From the NCBI RefSeq assembly GCF_000018105.1, contig NC_009925.1, positions 3,790,521 through 3,854,520 of the forward strand: 64,000 bases of DNA. Reading direction: 5' to 3'. The notes beneath the pieces were generated by a model. It saw only the letters and a list, made by a program, of their open reading frames with translations. It did not search any database and was not told where the DNA came from. The first letter of the stretch is position 1. Each line of letters opens with the position of its first letter. This DNA is from Acaryochloris marina MBIC11017. GTDB taxonomy: Bacteria; Cyanobacteriota; Cyanobacteriia; Thermosynechococcales; Thermosynechococcaceae. Shown here piece by piece: positions 29,506 through 37,246 of this stretch. The position numbers were made by a program, and so were the translations under genes.

Positions 29506-30474
29506 ATGATTACTCATCAAACCCTCTGTAAGAAACATCATTCGTTGAAGCGCAACTGCTTAAAATTCTTGAGTGTGAGCAGTGTTCTTCTTATCCTTAT
29601 CAGTGGATGCAGTTCGGATAGCTCTAAATCCAAATCGAAGGCCCAAACAGAGGATCCGGCAGCAGCAAGTTCTCCAGCGCCGCTCAACTCAACGCCGACA
29701 AAATTAAAGTTAACGGTCGCTTCTCCTGAGTCTTTGCGTGTTAAACAGGGGGATTTGATTGTTAAGGGGCAAATTTTGGTCGATCGGACTGCAGCCCGCC
29801 AAAATATTATGGCTCGTCGTCAGAAGGTGCAACAAGAAGTGGCGCTTTTAACGGCGACTGAACAGATTCCGACGGCTCCAACCAATACCAATGCCGCAGA
29901 GGTTCAGGTACAGCAAGCCCGAGAACGGGTTCGTTTAGCGGATGCTGCGATTCAAGATTATCTGGCTAAATCTCCTTACACTGATTTGGCCCGCCAAACC
30001 CTGCCTCTACCGACAGAGGAGAAACAGTTAGCACAGTTGCAGTTCGCCAAAACATCAGCCCAAGCCCAGTTAGAGCAGGCTATTGCCCAACGTAAGTCGT
30101 TGCAGGCATCTCAACAAGCTCGACAACAGGGGCAGGCGGTTGCGTCTAGTAAAAAGATTCAACTTCTCAATGAGCTGAAAACCATTGAGGCCCAACTCCA
30201 GTCGTTTCAGGATATTCTGTCTCCCCATGATGCGATTGTGCAAAAGGTCGACTGGCAAAAAAAGGGAAAGAACGGGACAACGGTCGAACTTGCCCTAGCC
30301 GTTCATTCCCTGTCGGATCCGATTCCATCCTTGTCGAATGGCACCAATAATCCTCTGCTATCGGTGCCGAGTCCTGCCCCTGCTAGCGGACAACCCTTTC
30401 CCAGTCTTCCTGCACCCCTAGCCCCCACTCCCCAACCGCCAGGGCAGGTTCCGACTGCTGCTCAGCAGCCGTGA
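29506..30474 (+). CDS. Hypothetical lipoprotein with coiled-coil and a biotin-lipoyl/HlyD-like N-terminal motif and a Pro-rich C-terminus
   Basis: The lipobox is LILISGCSS. The segment KLKLTVASPESLRVKQGDLIVKGQILVDR resembles the hairpin-adjacent lipoyl-like domain of membrane-fusion proteins. A Q-rich coiled coil follows. Confidence 0.5.
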   Translation: MITHQTLCKKHHSLKRNCLKFLSVSSVLLILISGCSSDSSKSKSKAQTEDPAAASSPAPLNSTPTKLKLTVASPESLRVKQGDLIVKGQILVDRTAARQNIMARRQKVQQEVALLTATEQIPTAPTNTNAAEVQVQQARERVRLADAAIQDYLAKSPYTDLARQTLPLPTEEKQLAQLQFAKTSAQAQLEQAIAQRKSLQASQQARQQGQAVASSKKIQLLNELKTIEAQLQSFQDILSPHDAIVQKVDWQKKGKNGTTVELALAVHSLSDPIPSLSNGTNNPLLSVPSPAPASGQPFPSLPAPLAPTPQPPGQVPTAAQQP

Positions 30475-30672
30475 TGGAGCAGTTTAATCCGGTAGCCATG
30501 GGCTAGATCGCTTGAGAACTATGGCGGTTATAAATTGAGTATGTTAAGGTCAATGACTGGATCAATGGCGTGCTGTGAGGCAATGGTTCAGATTCTGAAT
30601 ATCTGACTGGCACTTTGACGCTGAAAATTGCAGATCAGTGTACCGCCAAACCCACAAGGTTGATTCACGATT

Positions 30673-30744
30673 GCTCGATTAGCTCAGAGGGAGAGCACCG
30701 AGGGGCCATCTCGGGGGGCGTAGGTTCGAATCCTACATCGACAA
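30673..30744 (+). tRNA. tRNA-like gene with a canonical D-arm and T-arm and a GCC (Gly-like) anticodon in a non-canonical loop (G32 G33). Acceptor pairs 1:72 and 2:71 are mismatched, so this may be a pseudo-tRNA or a substrate needing 5' repair
   Basis: The gene reads GCTCGAT-TA-GCTC-AGAGGGA-GAGC-A-CCGAG-GGGCCAT-CTCGG-GGGGC-GTAGG-TTCGAAT-CCTAC-ATCGACA-A. The cloverleaf was folded by hand and 5 of 7 acceptor pairs form. Confidence 0.5.
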
Positions 30745-30747
30745 AAC

Positions 30748-30821
30748 TGAAAGCTAGCTCAGTTGGTTAGAGCATCAGACTCATAATCTGACGGACACAG
30801 GTTCAAATCCTGTACTTTCCA
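30748..30821 (+). tRNA. tRNA with a CAU anticodon (elongator Met or lysidine-Ile2 type); acceptor pairs 1:72 (U-C) and 7:66 (C-A) are mismatched
   Basis: The gene reads TGAAAGC-TA-GCTC-AGTTGGTTA-GAGC-A-TCAGA-CTCATAA-TCTGA-CGGAC-ACAGG-TTCAAAT-CCTGT-ACTTTCC-A, followed by CC. It is very similar to bacterial elongator tRNA-Met apart from the acceptor ends. Confidence 0.55.
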
Positions 30822-30823
30822 CC

Positions 30824-30912
30824 GCCCGGTTACGGGCACCTCGTTTGGGACGAGTTATTTCATCTGGTACGGGAGCAATCCCAAGGTGGTTCGAATCCGC
30901 TAAGACAGCACC
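30824..30912 (+). ncRNA. tRNA-derived or tRNA-like element carrying a Pro(UGG)-type anticodon arm and a T-arm but no canonical D-arm or acceptor stem, with an ~30-nt insertion at the variable-arm position
   Basis: It contains CTCG-TTTGGGA-CGAG (a Pro-UGG-like anticodon arm with G37), then GGTGG-TTCGAAT-CCGCT (T-arm). The 5' side forms only a GCCCG-GTTA-CGGGC hairpin. Confidence 0.3.
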
Positions 30913-31234
30913 CGGTTGTTGGTGTCGCGTTGAGTGGGTCACCTGGTGATCCACCCAACAATAGCCAAAGGCCAGCGCGATCGCAGTTGATGATCGGCTT
31001 GAGTAGGGTCCTTTGCAGGGCAAAGTCTGGCGTTCCCTCCAGACTTTGCCCTAGCGAACGCCCTATTTGTTGGCGGTTGGACCCATGCTTAATCTTCGGG
31101 TTGAGTTGCGGTTCTGCTCCACCTTAATTCAGCCAGTCACGGGCGATGGCCCGCACTGTAACTGTTGATGCCAGCAGCTTAGGGTGCCTTTAAAAGTGCA
31201 GATGGACCTGCACGAGAAGAAGAAGGAAATATCA

Positions 31235-32767
31235 ATGTTTAAGTCTTTTTACATTAAGCCCCATGAGCGGGGCATGTTGTTCTATCGCAGTAAGTTTGAG
31301 ATGTTTTTGCTGCCGGGTACCCATCGCCGCATGGGGTGGCATTGGCAGGTGAAGACCTTTGATTTAAATCAGCCCCAAGCCCAGATTGACCATTTGGAGC
31401 TGCTATTGCAAACCCATGCCCACAGTATGAATGAGTATTTTACGGTGGTGCGCACGGTTCATAATCAAGCTGCCTTAGTGCGATTGGGACAACAATGGTG
31501 CACGATTGGTCCCAACCAGCTGCAAGCGTTTTGGCGTGGCTTTATTGAGGTAGAAGTGCATCTATTTAATCTGGATGAAGGGATTGACCTGCCGTCTCAG
31601 TTTGTCCAGCGATTGCGAGATGTATCGCTACCGGATTTGAATCTAGTCTCAATTCCTGAATCTCAGCTAGGGATGCTCTATGAGCAGGATAATTTTGTGC
31701 GGCCTCTCGCGTCTGGAGAGTATGGGTTTTGGACCTGCGATCGCAAAGTCAGTATTACCCGCTATGATCGCACTCGTCCCGATCCAGATTTTACGTTTGT
31801 GGACGTACTGGTCGATGATCATCCCGATTTTGTCACCAGTCACTGTGAATTCGTGCAGTTAGGCAATCAGGAGGTTGCCATTGTTCGCCATCAGGGCAAA
31901 GTGATTAGGATTTTGCCCCCCTGCAGTCGCCAGTTGTTCTGGCAAGGGGTTGCTGTTGAGGTGATTGATATTAGCGATGATGCCAAGCTCTCACCTACAT
32001 TGGTGGCTGAGTTGGTGGCTGGGGTACCCGAGGTATTGGATTTAGCCTATGAGGCCCTGTATATCTTGGAAGTCCCGGCCCAGCATTTAGGATTGCTGTA
32101 TGAAGCCAGCGCTTTTGTCGATACCCTTTCTCCCGGCTGGCATGTCTGGTGGACTTTTGGCCGAGCCTGGAAAACGGAAATTGTGGATTTGCGTTTGCAA
32201 ACCCTAGAAGTCTCTGGCCAGGAAATTTTATCCAAGGATAAGGTGTCCCTGCGTCTAAACCTGACAGCGGGGTATCGGATTACGGATCCGGTACAGGCTA
32301 AAGCTGGCTTGAGCAATATTGAGGATTATCTCTATAAAGAGCTGCAATTTGCTCTACGTTCGGCCGTGGGGACCAAGTCTCTAGATCAACTCCTAGAAGA
32401 CAAGGGGGCGATTGATGCCAGCGTCTCTGACTATATCCGTGAGAAAACCGAGCAATATGGAGTTGCTATCGCATCTGTCGGTGTCAAAGACATCATTCTG
32501 CCCGGTGAGATGAAGTCGATTCTCTGTCAGGTGGTGGAAGCGGAAAAATCCGCCCAGGCTAACGTAATTCGTCGTCGAGAGGAGACTGCTGCTACCCGCA
32601 GTATGCTCAACACCGCTAAGGTGATGGAGAGTAATCCCGTGGCCTTGCGCTTGAAAGAGCTGGAGGTGCTGGAACGGATTGCGGACAAAATTGAGCATAT
32701 TCATGTCAATGGCGGTCTCGATAGTATCTTGACTGAGATGATCCGCATCAACGGAACTAGAGAATAG
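31235..32767 (+). CDS. SPFH/band-7 (stomatin/HflC-like) domain protein, apparently with two SPFH-like regions
   Basis: The ATG at 31235 follows AAGGAAAT. The N-terminus FYIKPHERGMLFYRSKF resembles the start of an SPFH domain. The C-terminal ~200 aa (KDKVSLRLNLTAGYRITDPVQA...GVAIASVGVKDIILPGEMKSI...) is a typical band-7 core plus coiled-coil tail. Confidence 0.7.
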   Translation: MFKSFYIKPHERGMLFYRSKFEMFLLPGTHRRMGWHWQVKTFDLNQPQAQIDHLELLLQTHAHSMNEYFTVVRTVHNQAALVRLGQQWCTIGPNQLQAFWRGFIEVEVHLFNLDEGIDLPSQFVQRLRDVSLPDLNLVSIPESQLGMLYEQDNFVRPLASGEYGFWTCDRKVSITRYDRTRPDPDFTFVDVLVDDHPDFVTSHCEFVQLGNQEVAIVRHQGKVIRILPPCSRQLFWQGVAVEVIDISDDAKLSPTLVAELVAGVPEVLDLAYEALYILEVPAQHLGLLYEASAFVDTLSPGWHVWWTFGRAWKTEIVDLRLQTLEVSGQEILSKDKVSLRLNLTAGYRITDPVQAKAGLSNIEDYLYKELQFALRSAVGTKSLDQLLEDKGAIDASVSDYIREKTEQYGVAIASVGVKDIILPGEMKSILCQVVEAEKSAQANVIRRREETAATRSMLNTAKVMESNPVALRLKELEVLERIADKIEHIHVNGGLDSILTEMIRINGTRE

Positions 32768-32806
32768 AGCCGATCGGGCATCGGCTCCACACTGAAAAGG
32801 CAAACG

Positions 32807-33250
32807 ATGGAAGCTGTAATCTTGGTGGGTATTCAGGCTACGGGTAAATCGACGTTTTATCACCACCAGTTTGGACGCACCCATGTGCGGATCAACCTGG
32901 ATATGTTGAAAACACGACATCGTGAGCAACAGTTTTTGGATACCTGCCTAGTCACCCGCCAACGGTTTGTGGTGGATAACACGAATCCTACCCCTGCTGA
33001 GCGACAGCGGTATATCCAACCCGCTCAACAACAGGGTTTTTCGATTACGGGGTATTACTTTGAATCGAAGTTGGCAGCGGCTTTGATTCGGAATTGCGAT
33101 CGCACGCCTGACCAACGCATTCCAGACAAAGGGATTCGCGGGACAGCCTCTCGCCTGATCTTGCCTACCTATGATGAGGGGTTTGACCAGCTTTTTTCCG
33201 TTCGTCTTCTTCCTCATCAACAATTTTCGGTTGAGGATTGGCAATTATGA
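32807..33250 (+). CDS. Small P-loop kinase resembling the kinase domain of T4 polynucleotide kinase (AAA_33/PNK-like 5'-OH polynucleotide kinase), with no phosphatase domain
   Basis: The Walker A is ILVGIQATGKSTFYHHQF (compare T4 Pnk ILTIGCPGSGKSTWAREF). The Walker B-like motif is VVDNTN (T4: IIDDTN). Lid arginines are present. The gene is 147 aa and its stop overlaps the next gene's start. Confidence 0.65.
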   Translation: MEAVILVGIQATGKSTFYHHQFGRTHVRINLDMLKTRHREQQFLDTCLVTRQRFVVDNTNPTPAERQRYIQPAQQQGFSITGYYFESKLAAALIRNCDRTPDQRIPDKGIRGTASRLILPTYDEGFDQLFSVRLLPHQQFSVEDWQL

Positions 33251-34008
33251 AATTTACTGAACTCGATCAAACCTTGAGGATCTATGAAACCGCTTATGAC
33301 CTCTGCGTTCTGCCTGGGCTGCAGATGGTCGCTCGGTTAGATGGACGGAATTTTACTCGGTTAACGAAAGAAACCCTCGATTTAGATGCTCCCTTTGATG
33401 CCACCTTTCGAGATGCCATGGTGGCAACGGTTCAGCATTTGATGACCTGTGGATTTCGAGTCCTTTATGGCTATACCCAAAGCGATGAAATCTCTTTACT
33501 GCTGCACCCAGACGAGCAGACCTTTGCTCGTAAGCTACGTAAACTCAACTCCGTGCTTGCAGCGGAAGCTAGTGCGAAAATGTCGTTGATCTTAGGCTGT
33601 ATAGCAGTTTTCGACTGTCGAATCTCCCAACTGCCAACGGTGGATTTAGTGGTCGACTACTTCCGATGGCGACAAGAAGATGCCCATCGCAATGCCCTCA
33701 ATGCCCATTGCTACTGGATGTTGCGTAAAGGGGGTGATTCAGCGGGCACTGCAACCCAGAAATTAGAGGGATTATCCGTTGGCGATAAAAATGAATTGCT
33801 GTTTCAACTGGGGCAGATGAACTTTAACGACTTACCCCCCTGGCAAAAACGAGGAGTGGGCTGTCTTTGGCAGTCGTATCCAACGGCAGGTGTTAACCCT
33901 GTTTCAGGAGAAGTATCTCAAGGGACGCGAACGAAAATCGGCGTTGAGCTTAACTTGCCGATGAAAGAGCACTACAGGGAATTTATCCTTAAGCGAATGA
34001 CGCTCTAG
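33247..34008 (+). CDS. Thg1-like protein (TLP), from the tRNA-His guanylyltransferase superfamily of 3'-5' nucleotidyltransferases
   Basis: The N-terminus MKFTELDQTLRIYETAYDLCVLPGLQMVARLDGRNFTRLTKE...YGYTQSDEISLL matches the conserved Thg1/TLP palm-domain motifs (KFEY-like, V-R-[IL]-DGR-x-F, Y-x-QSDE). The ATG overlaps the upstream kinase stop as ATGA. Confidence 0.75.
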   Translation: MKFTELDQTLRIYETAYDLCVLPGLQMVARLDGRNFTRLTKETLDLDAPFDATFRDAMVATVQHLMTCGFRVLYGYTQSDEISLLLHPDEQTFARKLRKLNSVLAAEASAKMSLILGCIAVFDCRISQLPTVDLVVDYFRWRQEDAHRNALNAHCYWMLRKGGDSAGTATQKLEGLSVGDKNELLFQLGQMNFNDLPPWQKRGVGCLWQSYPTAGVNPVSGEVSQGTRTKIGVELNLPMKEHYREFILKRMTL

Positions 34009-34568
34009 TCCTGAGGTAAAACCCTAAGCCAGGGCTTATGGGCTCGGCGGCGCTCTAAACTCATTTCTAAGCCATAGGCTTTAAATTCTTGTTCACTGTA
34101 ATATTCCCGGAACCGGGCTAAAGGGACACGGGATCGACCATCTAGAGAGTGAACAATAGAAGTCGGAAGACGGACATCCCCGCCTAAGTGAACAAAGGCT
34201 TCTTCCACTGTCATCCAGGGGCGTTTGGAATCGCTAACTTCTGTGGGAATGGCTTGTTCTAAACTGCTGAGTTTATCGGTTAGGCCCTTAACCATATTGC
34301 CGGGCTTGATATTCGAATTTTGCTTTGATTTCTGTAGTTTCCCCATCCATACTTGAAACAGAGAGCCGACATACTGGAAGATTCGCTTGAGGATTCGCCC
34401 ACAGACTTGCAGAATACTGCCAACCCCAGCCCCTTCTTGACTAGATGGGTTGTTATGGGAAGCGATAGCCGCACTAGACCAGCCGCAATGAGCACAAACT
34501 TGACGACCGGATTTGAGAGGAGGGCCTAAGCGATTGGAACAACGGGGGCAGGTTTCCAGCATAGTCAA
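34005..34568 (-). CDS. Hypothetical protein with an N-terminal zinc-ribbon (CPRC...CAHC)
   Basis: There is a Cys4 pattern CPRCSNRLGPPLKSGRQVCAHCGW at the N-terminus. The rest is uncharacterised. Confidence 0.5.
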   Translation of the reverse strand: MTMLETCPRCSNRLGPPLKSGRQVCAHCGWSSAAIASHNNPSSQEGAGVGSILQVCGRILKRIFQYVGSLFQVWMGKLQKSKQNSNIKPGNMVKGLTDKLSSLEQAIPTEVSDSKRPWMTVEEAFVHLGGDVRLPTSIVHSLDGRSRVPLARFREYYSEQEFKAYGLEMSLERRRAHKPWLRVLPQD

Positions 34569-34607
34569 AGTCTCCTAAGACAGGGATGCATGAACGAAGA
34601 TAACAAG

Positions 34608-35063
34608 TTAAGTCAAGCTCTCTAGTGCAGATGTAGGACCTAGATTATGGAGGATTTCTAATGGTAAGCCGTCGGCATCAGCGGCAAAGGCCACATGATA
34701 CGTTTGGTTACCAATGGTTTGTGGCATGGGATAAAGCAGGACTTTTAAGGTAATTGAAACTGCTTTGAGTCGTTCTCGCCATTGTTCAAGCCAGGTCGAT
34801 AAGGTTTGGTCTGCCAATAGGTCATCTGTGACATCTATCGATAAATGATAATAGCCTACGTAATGTTCGTCGCCAAAGGCATCGGCTGGCGGTTGAGGAT
34901 CTGGGATTTGAATCAGTTCGAGTCTGCCAATCGGACCCTCCAGCCAACACCCCAGAGTATACCCAGTTGTAAATCGTTCGATAACGTCGAAGTCTAGAGT
35001 TTGATAGAACGTGATCGCCCGGTGGATATCCCCGGTCCGAATCGACATATGATGCCCCTTCAT
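34608..35063 (-). CDS. VOC/glyoxalase-family (glyoxalase-bleomycin resistance-dioxygenase fold) protein
   Basis: It is about 150 aa. The beta-alpha-beta-beta-beta module pattern is IRTGDIHRAITFYQTLDFDV...HYVGYYHLSIDVTD. Confidence 0.5.
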   Translation of the reverse strand: MKGHHMSIRTGDIHRAITFYQTLDFDVIERFTTGYTLGCWLEGPIGRLELIQIPDPQPPADAFGDEHYVGYYHLSIDVTDDLLADQTLSTWLEQWRERLKAVSITLKVLLYPMPQTIGNQTYHVAFAADADGLPLEILHNLGPTSALESLT

Positions 35064-35135
35064 GGCGATATCCCGATACGCTGACCATTAGATATACCAT
35101 AGCCTTATCATCGCTGAGCTATAGATTCAGAAGGC

Positions 35136-35642
35136 TTAATCAAATAGGCGAAAATGAGGAGAATTACTGGGAATACCAGGTTCCTTATCGAGATCAAAGT
35201 TAATGACTTGCCAGCGAGGATCATCCTCAGAGTCTGGGCTAAATTCTACGGGTAACCCATATAAGCGCGGACGCCCGGACGGGTTTTTCTCGGACCAAGG
35301 GGAATGTTCTAGATAGGTGTTGATTAAGATTCGATAGCGTTGGGCAATAATCACTTTGGTGGCACGATACCCTTCGGTATAGAGGCGATCTAGGGCTTCA
35401 TGGATTTCAAAGCGAATCCCATCAGGATGGGTATGTTGGCGGTACCATTGCCCATCCCATAACCGCCAATGACGCCCCGATTGAAGGTGGACCAAATCTT
35501 CGGTCTTGGGGTCGGCTTCAAAGGCACCGTGACGTTGGCAAAGATAGGTATCGGTTAAGGTTAAAGCGGTCATCATTTGCCGGCAATGGGGACAGAGTGT
35601 CTCAGGCCCAAAAATTGGATAGTGCATGCTGACATGTGTCAT
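35136..35642 (-). CDS. Conserved hypothetical protein with an N-terminal CxxC...CxxH zinc-finger-like motif
   Basis: The ORF is open at 168 aa and carries CPHCRQMMTALTLTDTYLCQRHG. Confidence 0.45.
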   Translation of the reverse strand: MTHVSMHYPIFGPETLCPHCRQMMTALTLTDTYLCQRHGAFEADPKTEDLVHLQSGRHWRLWDGQWYRQHTHPDGIRFEIHEALDRLYTEGYRATKVIIAQRYRILINTYLEHSPWSEKNPSGRPRLYGLPVEFSPDSEDDPRWQVINFDLDKEPGIPSNSPHFRLFD

Positions 35643-35785
35643 GGAGTCAGAAAGAGCCGAAGAACTCTGGTTGCCGCTCAGGTGGCTTCATTATAACTGT
35701 GAATTGTTGAGCGTGGCTGTTCTGAATGGTCTGGAGGCTGTCTCTTTTCAGGGTAGGATCGAGGCGGTGTTTTAACCCGATAACC

Positions 35786-36325
35786 TTGGAATTTTCTAGT
35801 CCCCAATATTGGCCACCACCAGATTGTTCCTTAGCGGCATTTGTGGCAGATAATGCCACGGTGATCGGCAATATTCAAATTAATCGAGAGGCAAGCATTT
35901 GGTATGGTGCGGTGCTGCGGGGTGATGTAGAACGCATTGAAATTGGTGAATATACCAATATTCAAGATGGGGCCATTCTCCATGGTGATCCAGGACAGCC
36001 AACGATTCTAGAAGATTATGTGACTGTTGGTCATCGAGCAGTGATTCATTCAGCTCATATTGAGCGAGGCACATTGATTGGCATTGGCGCCATTGTTCTC
36101 AATGGCGTGCATATTGGTGCTGGCAGCATTATTGGGGCTGGGGCAGTGGTTTCGAAGTCGGTTCCCCCTCGGTCCCTGTGGGTAGGGATACCTGCCAAGC
36201 CTTTACGAGAACTGAGTGAAGCAGAATCCGATAATTTGATAGACCATGCCCGCCACTATCAAAAATTGGCTTTAGTTCACGCCAATCGCGGGACTGATTT
36301 GGGTTTCAAAACTATTGAGCGCTAA
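35786..36325 (+). CDS. Gamma-class carbonic anhydrase family / left-handed beta-helix (hexapeptide repeat) protein; a TTG start is inferred
   Basis: It has the typical gamma-CA family N-terminus (WPPPDCSLAAFVADNATVIGNIQI). The His ligands sit in IQDGAILHGD and VTVGHRAVIHSAHI. Hexapeptide repeats are present. No in-frame ATG exists upstream of the conserved N-terminus, so TTG at 35786 is proposed. Confidence 0.7.
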   Translation: MEFSSPQYWPPPDCSLAAFVADNATVIGNIQINREASIWYGAVLRGDVERIEIGEYTNIQDGAILHGDPGQPTILEDYVTVGHRAVIHSAHIERGTLIGIGAIVLNGVHIGAGSIIGAGAVVSKSVPPRSLWVGIPAKPLRELSEAESDNLIDHARHYQKLALVHANRGTDLGFKTIER

Positions 36326-36360
36326 GTCTAAGGGATTCCGATTAGAAAAATCTGACTAAT

Positions 36361-36400
36361 TGTAGGACAATAAGTAAAAAGTGCTTTTAAAATAATTCTG
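36361..36400 (+). promoter_or_regulatory. Candidate sigma-70-type promoter for psbY, with a TAAAAT -10 element
   Basis: TAAAAT lies at 36389-36394, about 20 nt upstream of the GAGGAG Shine-Dalgarno. A weak -35-like TTGTAG/TAGGAC lies upstream. Confidence 0.25.
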
Positions 36401-36415
36401 AGAGGAGATTGAGCA

Positions 36416-36526
36416 TGGATGTACGTTTATTAATTGTTTTAGCTCCTGTTGCTATTGCTGGTGGTTGGGCTTTGTTCAGAATCTTCCCCGCCGCTATCGA
36501 GCAATGGCAAGGCATGAACAAGTAAC
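36416..36526 (+). CDS. psbY: Photosystem II protein PsbY (36 aa, single TM)
   Basis: The translation is [36 protein letters not shown]. It matches the cyanobacterial PsbY pattern MDxRxxxVxxPxxxAxxWAxxNIxxxAxxQxQ. A strong GAGGAG RBS sits 7 nt upstream. The gene is missed by the 60-aa ORF track. Confidence 0.65.
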
Positions 36527-36692
36527 CGGGACGTAATTGTTCAAGGTACTCCTAACTTAGTAAACGAGTCAGAGGCTAGCGTCAGTTGGCCTTTGATTTG
36601 CGCTTTAAACGGTTCGGAGCACCAAAACTGAGAAGCCAAAGCTATTGGTTATCGGTCGATATGCTTAACGGATATTCCGCTTTAGAGCGTTC

Positions 36693-37226
36693 CTAGCATC
36701 TCAAATAAGGCAATAATTGTTGCGTTGTTTCTCCCGATAATTTTAAACGTCGTTGCAAATCTGCTATGTGTTGATAGGGACCGTGGGCAATGCGATCGCG
36801 GATAATGTTTCGTGCCAAACTCGGTATCATCTCGGGTATCGTCATCAGCTGTTCTACGGACGCCGCATTGAGGTTGAAAGCGGGGGCTAGGGCAATGCTC
36901 TCCTGGTCGTAGTAGCAAAACTGCATCACTGCTGCTAACGGCTGCATCCGCTGGACGGGCTGGGATAAGGCAGCAGCCACATCTTCAATGGCGTAAAATT
37001 GGACGCCGTTCTGGGTTAATTGCACGAGCTGTCGGGCCTGATGAATGGATAGGCCCGGCAGGCGCAGCCAATCATCGACACTGGCTTGATTCACATCAAT
37101 TCTCACGCCCAACTCAGCGGCTAAGGCAACTTCTGCTAGGGACTGAAACCGATAATAGGGGTCAGCCAAAATCTGATCTCGTAGCGGTCCTTGTTGTTGA
37201 GTCCACTGTACGAGGCGGTTGAGCAT
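36693..37226 (-). CDS. ComEA-like tandem helix-hairpin-helix (HhH) DNA-binding protein
   Basis: There are two HhH units: IDVNQASVDDWLRLPGLSIHQARQLV and FNLNAASVEQLMTIPEMIPSLARNIIRDR. Confidence 0.55.
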   Translation of the reverse strand: MLNRLVQWTQQQGPLRDQILADPYYRFQSLAEVALAAELGVRIDVNQASVDDWLRLPGLSIHQARQLVQLTQNGVQFYAIEDVAAALSQPVQRMQPLAAVMQFCYYDQESIALAPAFNLNAASVEQLMTIPEMIPSLARNIIRDRIAHGPYQHIADLQRRLKLSGETTQQLLPYLRC

Positions 37227-37246
37227 GGCTAATTAATTTAGGTGCA

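Noticed and set aside
30660-30930. Possibility that the tRNA-like cluster is a two-piece (permuted) tmRNA
   Set aside because: No tag-peptide reading frame (ANDENYA-like, ending in a stop) and no pseudoknot-rich body were found. The T-arm-containing elements have full D- and anticodon arms, unlike the tmRNA tRNA-like domain.
30781-31023. 80-aa minus-strand ORF
   Set aside because: It is translated across the tRNA-like genes, with GFEPVS coming from the T-arm sequence. This is a classic antisense-of-tRNA artefact.
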